From NCBI GenBank assembly GCA_013239625.1, contig MU054391.1, forward strand, positions 808,001 through 872,000: a DNA stretch of 64,000 bases. The letters run 5' to 3'. A model generated the notes under the pieces. It ran no database searches. It worked only from the letters and a program-made list of their open reading frames with translations, and was not told the DNA's origin. The position numbers and the translations under genes are program-made. Below are positions 11,686 to 23,900 of this stretch, piece by piece; within the stretch, counting starts at the first letter, position 1, and each line of letters starts with the position of its first letter. This stretch comes from Lama guanicoe. Lineage: Eukaryota.

Positions 11686-12075
11686 TGGTGACAGGTGAAC
11701 TGTCTCTCAACAAGTCGAAGGTTAGAGTCCTGGCCCCCGGGGCCTCAGAATGTGACCTTATTGTAACTGGAGCCTTGCAGATAAAGAAGACAGGGTGAGG
11801 TCATACAGACAGGGTGGGCCTAATCTGGTGTCACTGTGTCCCTACACAAAGGGGACCTTCGGATGCAAGAATGCTGGCAGGGAGTGTGTCTTGTGACCAC
11901 TATTCAGGGGCGGGTGATGCTCCTGTGAACTGAGGTTGCCAGCACACCCCGGGGAACGGGAGGCAGGCAGGGGGGGCTTCTGAAGGAAGCAGCCCCACCC
12001 ACACCTGGGCGCTGAGTCCACCCTCCAGCCCCCGAGACAGGGATCTCGGTGAAGCCTGGTCTGCACTGCTGTCAC
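11686..12075 (+). mobile_element. MaLR solo LTR (MLT1B/C-like)
   Basis: gtcctggcccccggggcctcagaatgtgaccttattg...gaggtcatac...agggtgggcctaatc...ttgccagcac...gaaggaagcagccccacccacacc follows the MLT1 LTR order of motifs. Confidence 0.8.
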
Positions 12076-13424
12076 TCGAACCTTGTGCCTCTGTCCTCCC
12101 CGAGGCTCTGCCCCCGGCCAGCCCGAGGGGTCGAGTGTTTACACTGGGGGTCCCTGGGAGGGGCTCTTGTCCCACCCCTCACTCCCCTCCTGACTCTAAC
12201 TTCAACGCTGACAACAGCCTCTCTGAGGGCTGTTCATCTGGATGAGGCAGGAGGTCCAGGGTCACAGCCAATGCCAACCGCGAGGCCCTCACCCTGGTTC
12301 AGCCTCCCAGGGCCCATTTCAAACTGCCCCTGCCCTTCAGATCAGGCCCCAGACACTGTCCAGCTGCCCCTGTGGCAAAGTGGGATGTGACAATGAACAG
12401 TAACTATGTTGGAACATCATCTTCTAATCTTTCTTTTCCACATTTCCTGGGATGCCACCTGAGCCTGCCCCGCGACCCGAGGGAGGACCAAGATCGCTCA
12501 AGCTGGAATCCGGGATGACGATAAACCAGTCCACCGTCAGGTGTCCTGACCCCTGCAGTACGTCCTCGAGTCTCACGAGGGAGGACGCGGAAGCAACGAG
12601 CAGAGAGTGGGACAGAAAGTGAGCGGGGTGGTTTCAAACCTGCATGAGGGAGTGGGGGAGACAGGTGCAGGTCGCCGCTGGGCAGAAAAGAAGGGCAGTG
12701 GGGGGCCTGGCGAGGAAGTGTGGGGCCTGGGGCACTGCAGGAGGCGCCAACTATGGCCCCCAGGACGGGCTGGACTATGCCGCCAGCATCCTGGGGGCTG
12801 CTAGGGTCTCCGCTGTGCACACAGCTTCTGCTAAGAGAAAGGGTGTCTCCCAGGGCTGCCGGCTCCGGCCTGTGGATTCCGCCCCCAGAGGCCTGCAGGC
12901 CAGGACCTCGCTGAACTCCGTGCAAAACCACGTGCACAGTCTTCCCACTGTCATCAGTTCTGGCAGGTGCAGAAAGCCCTCTCCAGTGGGGACGGTGCTC
13001 CAGACCCCCAGGGCGTGGAAGGCGTTCCCAGCACCCAGCTCAGAGGGCCTCCACCTTCACTGTCCAGTGGCGACCCTGGCCGAGTCGGTCCTGCCGTGAA
13101 GACCCAAGGCTTTGTTTTCTTTTGTTTTTTTGTTTTTTGTTTTTTTCCAGACAGTGGATCAGGAGGAGGTGGGGGCTGCAGAGGGAGCCCCCCCACTCAG
13201 CTGGCGTCTCCTCCTCCGAGGTCCTGCGACCGGCCGCCTCTGACACAGAGGACGGTCAGGCTCACGGCAACTCACTCTTTGAACCACAAACATTAAAATC
13301 AATGTGGAACATATTTCCTGAAGTCAGACCTTCCTTTGAAGAGAAACATAAAGTGGTGACGAAATTGAACAGGCTTTGCTGCCGTAGGTATCTTTGAAAC
13401 CGCCTAATTTTAAAGTCTCCCTTT

Positions 13425-13586
13425 TCTTCCTTCTTTTCACTGAAGTACAGTCGATTTACAGCGTGGTATTAGTTTCCGGAACAGCAGTTACGCGCACACA
13501 TATTCCTCTTCGTATTCGTTTCATTAGAGGCCGTCACAAGGTATTGAATACAGTTCCCTGTGCCGTACGGTAGGACCTGGTTGTTT
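13425..13586 (-). mobile_element. L1 3'-terminal fragment
   Basis: actgaagtacagtcgatttacagcgtggtattagtttcc...tattgaatacagttccctgtgccgtacggtaggacctggttgttt. Confidence 0.85.
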
Positions 13587-13954
13587 TACAGTCTCTTAAT
13601 TAGAAGAAAACTCAGGGCAGGCGTTTTCTCGCCTGCCTGCTTGCTTTGTCTCTGGAAAAGTTGGACACTCTTCTGAGTAGATATTTTACATGGCTTTAAA
13701 AATATTTCCCTCAAAACCAATGCCGGCTTTGAATAATTCTGGAAGCTTCGATCTTGGCTGTAATGAACAAAGATGAACACACTGCGTCTACATGCTGCCC
13801 TGGCTCTCGTGAGGATCGCTGTCATGGCCCCGCCAGATCCCGAGCGCCTTCTCGGGCAGCGTTTGGCACCATCGGTCCTCCCGCTGCTCTGACGCCCCTT
13901 CTTCTCCTGCAATTTGCTTCCTAACTTTCAAGCTGCTGCTTCTCCCCCCAAAGT

Positions 13955-14260
13955 AGGACGTTCCCAAGAGTCTGTTCCTGAGCCTCTAGTCTCATCTGGG
14001 CAATTCCGTTCACTGCGTGAGTTTAACTTTTACCTCTAATTAAGCAGCTCATCCAGCTTCACCTCCAAGCCTGTTTCTGCATCACATTTCTCCTGCATTT
14101 CTAGCATCTGCCACGTTTCCCCGCCCAGGCATCCAGTGGTGCCTCGTCCTGCCCCCAACCAATCCTGACTCCCGCTTCCTCGGCGCCATCGGTGCCATCT
14201 CAGCCCGCTTTCCTTGAGCAAGAAGTCACCTCTGACGGTCCTTCCCCTTCAGTCTTGCAG
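13955..14260 (+). mobile_element. Degraded L2 fragment
   Basis: gttcccaagagtctgttcctgagcctct...atccagcttcacctcc...tcacctctgacggtccttcccc resembles L2 ORF2/3' region. Confidence 0.45.
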
Positions 14261-15038
14261 CAGCGGCAAGGTTTGGAAGTCCCTCTGTCTGAGCGCGGGG
14301 AGGACCGAGGTTCTCAGCACGACCACCTGAGTCTGGGCTCCCGCAGCACTTCCCCTGGGTCTGTCTACAGCCCAGCCAGCCTGTGTGCCGTGGTCGGTCA
14401 CACCACGGAAATGTGTTGCTTTCTACATCTTACGCAGAAACCCCACATGTAAGGTGGATGGAAGGTAGATCCCGGGGGATGAAGTGGGGTGAGGGACATG
14501 GTCCTGACGGCTTGGTTCTTCCTGCTCCGCGAGTCAGCCTTGGCACCCCAGAAGCTCCGGGCTTAGCGGAGTGCAGCGGACCGCCGTCCTGCCTGCTCGG
14601 AACCCAGGGTGCTTCCCCTCAGCGGGTGCTTCTCGTCGGGGGATCTGAGTTCCGACGCTGGGGCAGGGCTGACCACTAAGCCGCGAGGTCCCGGAACGCG
14701 AGGGCTGCGTTTCATGCACCCAGCACAGGGTTTCACTCAGAAACGTGCCCGATGGTTTTCACTGGTTTGAAACTGGCTTAAAAAGCAGCACAGATGAGAA
14801 CATCCAGGCTGGTTTCTATATAAAAAGGCGCAGGTAACTTGGAAGATCGCGGACGCAGTTCTTCTCGTCAACGGAAATAGTCTGGGGGGACTCTGAGACC
14901 TGAGCAAAGCTACCGCGTTGTTTTCAACGGGGAGATAAATATGCCGCGGTCGTCCTGAGCTGGCAGGGCTGGGGGTCCCCGAGGACTAGCCTGTGAGGAT
15001 GTGACAGAAGCCTCACTCACCTTCCGGCTGCAAGGGAC

Positions 15039-15079
15039 ATTAGCATATATCAGCATATATTAGCATACATTTGCATACA
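15039..15079. repeat. 10-bp-period mini-array of octamer-like motifs
   Basis: Units ttagcatata, tcagcatata, ttagcataca, tttgcataca; includes a perfect ATTTGCAT at 15069-15076. Confidence 0.9.
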
Positions 15080-17597
15080 ACACTCCCGGCACTCACTTGC
15101 AGACCTGCACTCGGGACACTCGTTTTAAGAAGGAAGGGTGACCTGCGGCGGTTATTTTCAGACCCAGTATTCAGAACAAGACCCGTGAAGCGAAACAAAA
15201 ATCTAAACCAATCAATCACATGCCTGATCGGGACAAAGACAGGCAGAGCGTCAGGGAGAAGCAGAGAGGCGGGCGGGAGGGAGTCCTCTGGCACCCGGGC
15301 TGGAAGGCTGGCTCCCTGTCCTCAGAGGCTAGCGGGGCGCCCGGCGAGCTGGGCTGTGCGTCTGACTGTAACGTATGGCTTCCAGCCTCACCCCCAGCAG
15401 AGGCTGCACAGGGGCGGCTGTCCTCCGTCCGCCCATCTCGGTCGGCCCTGTCGAGGCTCAGCTGCATTAGATCACTCTGCTTCCCCTGTGGCTCTCCTGG
15501 CCGGGTCGCAGGTCTCCCAGGTCGGGGAGGGCCGGGCAAGCCTGCTCCTCGGGGACGTGGACCCGGCCCCAGCTGAGCTGGAGGAGGGGACAGGAGGGGC
15601 TCGCCGGTCCAGCCCTGACCTGACTGGGAAGGTCAGGAAGGGGTGGGTTTAGGGCAGGTACGCGTGAGCCCATCCTGAGCGACCCCAGTGGTTAATTTCT
15701 CACCACCCCCTGAAAGCTCGGGGCCTTAGTGGAAAAGCAGCTTCTCCCTGGCCTCCCAGGGGCAGCTCCTGGGGTCCCTCTTCTGTCCCAGGGTCAGGTG
15801 CCCTGGCTGGGTCACCACTGATCATCCACATCAGCCCTTCCTGACCTGAGGCCGAGGTGGGGGTCTCTGTGCTGTCCTGCTGCTGGGGGTCGGTCTGGTG
15901 TCGACTGTCTGCCCCCACGCACTGCCCTCAGGGGGGTCCCAGATGGAATGCTCTTAGCCATCACAGATCTGGGCTGGCCCAGCCAAGGGTGGGCTCTGAG
16001 GAAGCCCCCTCCCCTGACCTCTTAGGAAGGGGAGAATCGGCCTTTGTGGGTTTATTCTGGGATGGCACGTGGCTTTCACGGAGCACGAACGGTCCAGCTG
16101 GCACCAGCAGAGCAAGGAGAACCCAGACCCGGGAGGCGGGGTGGGAGGGAGGGAGCACGTCTGTAGGTTACACAGACCCGCCCCCTACTAGCACCAAGAT
16201 GGGGTCAGGCTCCTGGTTGTGGAAACACAGGTGGTGCGTGACAGATAGCAGCCGTTCGCGTGCTGGTGCAGAGGGCAAACTAAGGTAGCTTCTGCGAACT
16301 CGGCCAACTTGTCGAATGGTTCTGTTAGGATTACAGAACGAGCAGCAGCTGTCAGATCGGCACTGACTAGGTCAGTCTACGAGAAGGAGGAGCGAGAAAG
16401 TAACGCCATGTCCGGGAATTACCGCAGGGTCGCCAGCAGCGCTGGTCAGAGGCTGGTTCACAGAACCGTCCACAGTAGCCAGCCCAGAGCTCCCGCAGCT
16501 GTGGGACGACCCCAGGTAGGTGACACTGCTGGCCAGGGGCTGGCGAGGCAGACCCGGAAGGACACCGTCAGGAAGAGAAACGGGTCTGAGCCTGGGAGGC
16601 TCCCGGGGAAGCCAGGCTCCCGCAGCTGCCCAGGGGACACGCGGTCCGAGCTCGGGAACCAAAAGGAAACGTGAAAACGGAAGAGCGTAGCAGCGGCATT
16701 ACTGTTTGGCTCATTCCTTGTAGCCAATCTCCTTGTCTTAGGGAGCCGAGCACCTCTCATCTCTGGGGTCACAACACCGGGTTCTGAGTTAGGCAGGACA
16801 GTCCTTTCCTGACAACCCCCTGCAGCGCTCGGCCCAGGGCCTCGGCCTGAGACCCACATCTCCACGCTGCTCCGGGTCCAGACACAGCAACCTCTCTGAG
16901 CATGAGAAGAATGAACCTGTCGGCCTGGAGGGAGGTGAGGCCGGCGTGAGACCCTGCGGGGGGCCGGGGCTGAGAGGGGCAGGCGCCCTGGGGGGACATG
17001 GGCTGCGCACCGCAGTGACCGTGGGCAGCTCTGCCAGATTACAATTTATGGGGCAGAATCGAAGGGGCTGGAAGACAGATCCAGCAGGTCCAATCATGCG
17101 GAGATCAGAAGGTGATGAAAAGGAGGCTGTAAATCTGGGCTGCGTGACAAGCAGAAAAAGAAGAGGAAGGTCAGGCAGGACCACTGAAACGGTTTTATCC
17201 AAGGTCTGCCCTCTAGACAATTTTTTTTCCGACAGAAGGAATATTTTGTCGGTAGCTGAAGAAAAGTTAGCACCTGGCTCCAGAATGTGCTCTTGTAAGA
17301 CCTGTGGCGTAATCCAGAGACGAGGCGTGGCTCTGAGGCCCGCTCCCAACCTTGGGCTTATTCACGGAACCTTCTTTCTTTCCTTCCACAACTTCTACCA
17401 GAGCCCCAGTGGTGGCAGGACCATGGCAGCTACTGGGGACGTGGGGCAGAGCACTGAAACCTGCAAGCAACCCACAGTCCAACGAGAGACAAAAGCCAAA
17501 CTGCTCTGTTCAAGGAGCACCAAATAGGGACACCTGAACCAGAAAAATGGGGTGTGTGCCTCAGGGACGCCTTCTGAGAGTGAAGAAACGGGGTCTT

Positions 17598-17695
17598 TTT
17601 GGGCAAGTCTCTTTGAGCCTCAGTCTCCTTATCCATAAAATGGAGTTTTAGAACTTATGCTTTTATAATTTCTTTCCAGCTCTAAAAGTCTAGAA
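17598..17695 (+). mobile_element. MIR (MIR3-like) fragment
   Basis: ttgggcaagtctctttgagcctcagtctccttatccataaaatgg...ttccagctctaaaagtcta. Confidence 0.7.
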
Positions 17696-20494
17696 CTTTT
17701 AGACACCTTCTTGCTGTTCAGTAACTCAGAATGGAGGGCCCTACTCTAAATGTGCCACAAAGAGACGGCGACGTTGCATTGACCTGTAATTACACAGGCG
17801 GCCCTTTCCACTTCAGGCTAAAGTGACATACATCCCATCATGGTTGACATGCATGTCCACGCCCAGATCGCACCCATGTGTGGATGCACAGACGTGCATG
17901 CATGCACACACACACTCGTGTGAGCACCTACACGCACACACACACTCGAGCATGGTCCAGCTTCTCTGAGCCAGTTCTCCATTCACGGTGTGGTTTGGAG
18001 TTGGAATCACCTTCATGTGCATAAAATTGTCCAGGCTGTATTTCATTAAAAAGTCTAATCAATTATCTTCAAAACTGCCAACTGAAGAGGTCACATGTAA
18101 TCCAGGAATCACCAGCATTGGACAATGGTGGGCGAGTCAATACATACTGACCGCACACACATTTGGATGGAAGCCACAGACACACACACACACCGTCTCA
18201 CCACGACTTACTAATTGCTTAGTTGACATTTAACCACGCTTATCTGCAGGTTTCGTAAGTTACTCACTTCTTCCCTCGAAGGCAAGGGTTCCCAGTGGAG
18301 TGCCAGCCACCGCAACCATTTGCTAAAGCACAGGTTGGCGTCCCTGGGAGCGTGCACCTGCAGGCTCGGTTTCCAGAGGCCTGACCCTGCCCTCTGGTGC
18401 CTCCTCACTCAGCGATGCTCCCTCTCCCTGTCGATACAAACCGAACGCGAGTACCTGCCAGCGGTGGTTCTGGATGCTGGAGATCACGACAGTGAGCGAG
18501 AGAGCAACTGACTTCACTGAAATTTAGACAACTAGAATGTCAATTTCAGACATTTTCGTTTTAGCTTTATAACATGTATGTATCTGTAAGCTGAGTGGAT
18601 CTCCCTGGAGATCATGCAGGAGTTACAAACGGAGATTCCTCCTGAAGTACGCAGAGGTGAACGTTGGTGAGTTCACAGTGCTGTCTCCGAGAATCTAGTG
18701 TGAGTCACTGGGAAGCCCCGTCGCATCTGAACCGGCACGATTTGTGCAGCAGTGCAGTTGTCCATTCAGTGGGTCTTAAGACGTGTGTCTGTCTGACTTC
18801 TAACGAGAGTGACTGTACAACTGGGGGCTTGTGTATGCGTGGCCCAAGTGTTTCCACTTTCCAAAAGTAAATCAGATTTGTAAGGTCTGAATTAAGTTCT
18901 GACCAAAGCATGAGTGTCGCATCGTGAAGACACGTCGTGTGTGGACACAGCTCTTACTTAACTATTTTGGCTTCGTACTGAGTATTTGTATAACTTACTT
19001 TTTGAATTTATGAACCTTTCATCACCAGCCCCAAAAAACAGCATGTCTTGTCCACTAATTTCCAACAAACACCTTTAGTTCTACAAATTAAGTTTATGTT
19101 GTCATAGCTTTCGGGGCCTGTCAGCCTCACGGAGATCTGGGCACCAGTGCTGGGGGTTCTCCAAATACTCGAGACTTCAGAGCAGCCAGGAAGGCCCTGG
19201 GAGAGGCACTCGAGACTGATCCGACTGGATCCGACTGGTCACCTTTTTGAAAACCACTAGGAAAAGGGAAGACTCCATTCGGTGACTTTTCCCTGGTGCA
19301 GGAGCCGGTGCTGGAGGAGGGGCTGTCGCCCCTCAGTGGGCCCTGCTCTCCCCTCCTCCATCCAGCCTCCGTCTGCCCTTCCACAGTGGCCTGTCGTGCG
19401 GCTGGGCTCCCTGGCGTCCCGTCCCCCCAGTGCCCATCTGTCCGCGCGCCTGCAGGCTGGGTCAGGGCGCCATGTCTCCCTGGCTCTGTCCCCGTGGTGT
19501 CTCCTAGTGGTGGGCCCTGACATCTTTACATCTCCTTCTCATAGGTCTGGCCTGCGGTGGCGTCAGTCACCGGGATGACCAGGTGCACGCTCCTGCAGCC
19601 TTCACAGCAAAATTCAAACGCTGACGTGTCCCGCAGGGTCACTCGTGGTGAGGTTCAGCTCCCACTCGGACCAGCCTCCTCCCCAAGACACACCAGCCGC
19701 CCGGAGTCACTAGCTCCCTGTTTCCACTGACCACACACGGCCCCTCTGTGACCTGCTTCCTGGGGCTGACGCTCGGGCACCACTGTTCCCACCTGCACAC
19801 CGGATCCACGCTCACCTGTTAGACGCACCTTGTGACCACCCCGCCCTCAGTGCTTGATGCTGTCATCCACCCCCACCCCCGCCCACGGGAGCCTCCCCTT
19901 TGCGCGTCCCGTTCGTCCTCACAGCCTGGGACCGCATGTGGACGGCGGCCCTGAAGGCTGGCCGAGAGAACACCGTTTCACTGAGCGTTAGTAAGTCACA
20001 GCTGTGGTGAGTCCTCACACTCTCTCCCCCAAACGCCGTGGCTTGGATGCTCACGGCATCGCAGCAGCTGTCTGGTGCGAATCTGCAAGTTTGGACAAAC
20101 TCTCAGTTACGTACGTCAGTCACTTAGAATCTGCACTTCCTGCTACAGAGTGGGCGGTGCAGCAGCTGAAGGAAGGTTGGAGTGAATTTGTGGACGTGAG
20201 TCGTTCAGGATGAGCCTGATAACCACTAAGGAACAGGCGGGGCTTTGGACCCGTGGATGCTCCAGAGACGGGAGCTCTCCAGGACGCTGCGAGCTCTGCA
20301 GAGAGAGAAGGTGCATTTGGGTGAAGAGTGGGGCGCTGGGGGCCAAGAGTGGGGCGCTGGAAGCTGCTCACGCTTCCTAAACCTCCCCGTCACGAGGGCA
20401 GTGCTGGAGACGTGAGGGAGGACCGGGAGGTCTGTTCCCCAGGAGGGCTGCACACGTGGAGCACGAGGACGGCTCAGCCAGGCTGTTGTTACTT

Positions 20495-20957
20495 ATGTAC
20501 ATGTGTGTGTGTGTGTGTGCCTGGTGTGCACATGTGTGTGTGCATATGAGTGTGTGTGTGCACGTTTGAGTGTGTGCATGGGTGTATGTGAGTTGTGTGA
20601 GTGTATGCGCACACGTGTGTGTGTCTGGTGTGCACGTGTGCAAGTGTATCTGTGTGTGCACGTTTGAGGGTGTGTGTGTGTGTCAGTGCATCTGGTGTGC
20701 ACATGTGTGTGTGCATATGAGTGTGTGTGTGCACGTTTGAGTGTGTGTGTGGGTGTATGTGAGTTGTGTGAGTGTATGCGCACACGTGTGAGTGTGTGTC
20801 TGGTGTGCACGTGTGCAAGTGTATCTGTGTGTGCACGTTTCAGGGTGTGTGTGTGTCAGTGCATCTGGTGTGCACATGAGCGTGTGTGTGTCTGGTGTGT
20901 ACATGTGAGTGTGTGTGAATGCATCTGTGTGTCCACATGTGAGTGTGTGCGTGTGTG
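20495..20957. repeat. TG-rich compound minisatellite with a ~172-bp higher-order unit
   Basis: Unit start ctggtgtgcacatg at 20521, 20692 and 20865; two near-identical full copies plus a degenerate partial copy. Confidence 0.95.
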
Positions 20958-23900
20958 GACTCTGCAGGGCGCCCTGTCTGCAGTACAAGCTGGGGCCACC
21001 CCAGTCTCACTGCATTTGTCCTGGTCTCCGGGTGGAACGGTCCCCGCTGGGCGGTGTGCGTGGCGGTCCGGGACCCATCAGCAGCGTGACCATCTCCTTT
21101 AGCCCTTAATCTGAGTCCTCTGGACTCTCGGCGAGTGAGTGAATTTCCACGGGCGCCCAATACGCTCACTGAACGTTCCTTGTCCATCCAACACGTCCCG
21201 AGAACAATGTTCCCCTGGGTGGCGGGAGGGATGGGGAGACGGAAGGAGGAAGGGCCAGGGACGGAGCCCCGTGAGGACTCTTCAGCACCTGGCTCTGTGA
21301 GGAGCCCACCTTCCCCCGTCAGTGGGTCCAGGGCAGTGCTGACTTCGGCCCCTCGGGGACGCCCTCCCGCCCCAGCAGGGAGCTGTTTATCAGGTGCGGC
21401 TGTGTGTCCTCAGGCAGGACAAGTGATGCAAACACATTGTTAACTCACATTTTCAAGTTCCAGGAGGCACGTGAAACACGCTCCTGTACAGAGTGACTCG
21501 GCCTCTCTCAGAGAGCACTCAAATGTGTGGTAGTCGTTTGGGGACAAATATCAATGTCACTTTATTTTCTGTCAGCTCCTAGAGAATAAGTCACTTGTGG
21601 GGGTGGCCACGTCGCAGGTAGTTATTTGCAACCCTGAAGTGAAATTTTCCTGTCAGATGTAAATTTCTTCTTCTCTTTCACCTGTCACTCTATCAGTTTC
21701 AGGCCAAAACCTTTCAACGATCAGCTGATTTTTATTGCATCTGTTGAATCACTAATGCTTTCAGCATCTCCACTGCCACTAACATCTGAGAAAGGGGGAA
21801 GAAACGGGGACAGTCAGAAAAGGCAAAAGCAGAAACGGGGTAAGGCTCGGTGAAGACTAGCATGATGCCGACTGCACCACCCTCTCTGGAGGCCTCGTCT
21901 GCTCGTGAAAGTGTGGTTCTCTGAAAATGCAAACTGCCTGGGGTCTCATTCTGCACAGATGTCACACAGCAAGTGAATCTAAGACTTCACGACCGTCGTG
22001 CTGACTTTGTTGCTGGTAACTTGATCCTCTTAACGAAGCTAAAGCTTTGAAGAAAGGTAGGAGTTAGGGTACACGCACGGACTCCCTGTGGGTGGGGCTG
22101 ATGGGTGTGGATGCCGGACCCCGGGGCAAGCACACCTGCAGGGCTCGGGCGCCAGAGGGAGAACCTCGGGCAGCGCTCTGCTCGCGGATTGGAGCTCTGC
22201 GTGGAAAGCCAACAGGATCGTGCTGAGTGGACCACGCGGTGATTGCTTTCAATTTTACAAACATATCTGTTGTCTTTTATCAAGTGGTTCCTCCGCCAGA
22301 CTTGAGTCCTCACACTCCGGGGCAGAGCACTGGGGTGTCACCCCCAGCAGCAGGAGCCCTCAGAGCGGCTGCCATTCAGCGGCTGGACCCCCAGGCGCCG
22401 TGGTCCTTCCCCTCTGCGGCTGAGCCGCTGCGACCTCCCCACGCCGTCCCTCTGGACGCTCTGGGAGGAGGGGACAGGCTGCTGGTGCCTGCGTCTTGCA
22501 GCTGAAGGAGATGGTTTCGAAGTGACTCCTCGGCAGCCGTGTCCAGCCAGAATCTGTCTTCACGACCGTGTTCCTACTTTAACCATTGTGTGTGGTAGCA
22601 GACCCTGAGGGTTCTCTGCAGAGGAAAGGTCTCCCTTCGGGGAGATTGCACCGCAGACGTATTTTGCTTATCTAAGCTCTTACAAGGAAACGGTTTCATG
22701 AAGCTCCTCTCCGCCCTGTCACCAAATAGCCTTCGCTGACGTCAACCTGACTTGTGGACTTAGCTTCGAGGTGGCTGTGCTGAATCGTGTGTCAGCCCTG
22801 TGGGACACCCGGAGGGCAAACACTCGAAATAACCTGTGTGGTCATGCACGCTGCGTGTGCTCTCTGTGCTCAGTCACGATGTTGCACTAATCATGTTTGT
22901 TCAGACTGACCCTCCTACCATCTTAGGAGCCCAGCTTCCATGTATTACCTGCAATTCCTGCTAAATCAGAGGGCCCCATGAAATTGCTTGTCATTCCCCA
23001 TCCCTGACACCGCTGGCGGAAGGAGACAAGGGTCTCGGGACGTTGCAGACCCTCCCCCACCTCCGCTCCTCCGGCCTCACCCCGCGGGGTCCTGGGGGTC
23101 GGCGCCTCCTGCGAGCTTCTCCCTGAGGATCCACGACCATGAGCCGCCCAGGCTGTCGAGTGACCCTCACTCAGTCCCTGAGCCTCCCACGCTGGGCGTT
23201 GTCCCCTTCCTGACCACATCCCTTACTCCTCACTTTTGAAATCCTCCCAGTGGCGGCCTCTGGAGTTGGGAGGCCAGGCAGCCTCATCCCGCGCCCCCAC
23301 TTCCCTGGAAGCAGGGTCTGGCAGCCCTGCACGTCCCCCTGCTCTGCCACCAAGCTCCTCCGTCCCTGCGACTCCTCCAGCTCAGGGCCCAGTTCACCCG
23401 AGACTCAGAGATGCCCCGACGTCACCAAGACCCTGGGACCTCATCTCACCCCTCAGCGATCGCCGGGGGCTCTCTGCCTGGCTGGCATGTCACCTGTCAC
23501 CCGTCTGCCCAAATCCTGGCCGTTTGACTCTCTGACCACCTCTTCCTGCTCCAGCCCTGGCTCTGCAGCCTCCCCTCTCCTGCTCCCGGGCGCTTCCCAG
23601 CTCCTCCCTCTGCCTCCCTGCCTCCAGCCACCCCCTGAACAACCACGCAGGGCCCAGCGTGGGACCCGCCGGCCCCTCTGTGTCCTCCCTGACCCTGCTC
23701 GCGTCCTCGCGGCCTCCCGTGCTCTGACACGGGCGGGGCAGGGTGACGCTCTGGCTCCTTCTGCTCCAGGAACCACCTGCCTGCCTCTCACGTGAGTTCC
23801 TCCCCCGGCAAGTCCAGTCCTCAGTTTGTTTGGCTCTGTGAGCTCAGCCGAGTGCGGCTGGAAGGGAGGACGCAGCCCAGGGCACGTGGGCTCGCCTCTC

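Noticed and set aside
16300..16760. Purine-rich stretch with a 121-aa ORF, possibly a CR1/L2 RT remnant or exon
   Set aside because: I could not match it to any consensus or protein, and it has no clear splice sites.
20324..20360. 16-bp direct repeat aagagtggggcgctgg (two copies, 21 bp apart)
   Set aside because: Real but most simply a small slippage duplication, with no further structure.
20377..21187. His/Thr- and Cys/Val-rich ORFs; possible CRISPR-like array
   Set aside because: These are translations of the TG minisatellite. The repeats are contiguous with no unique spacers, and the DNA is mammalian.
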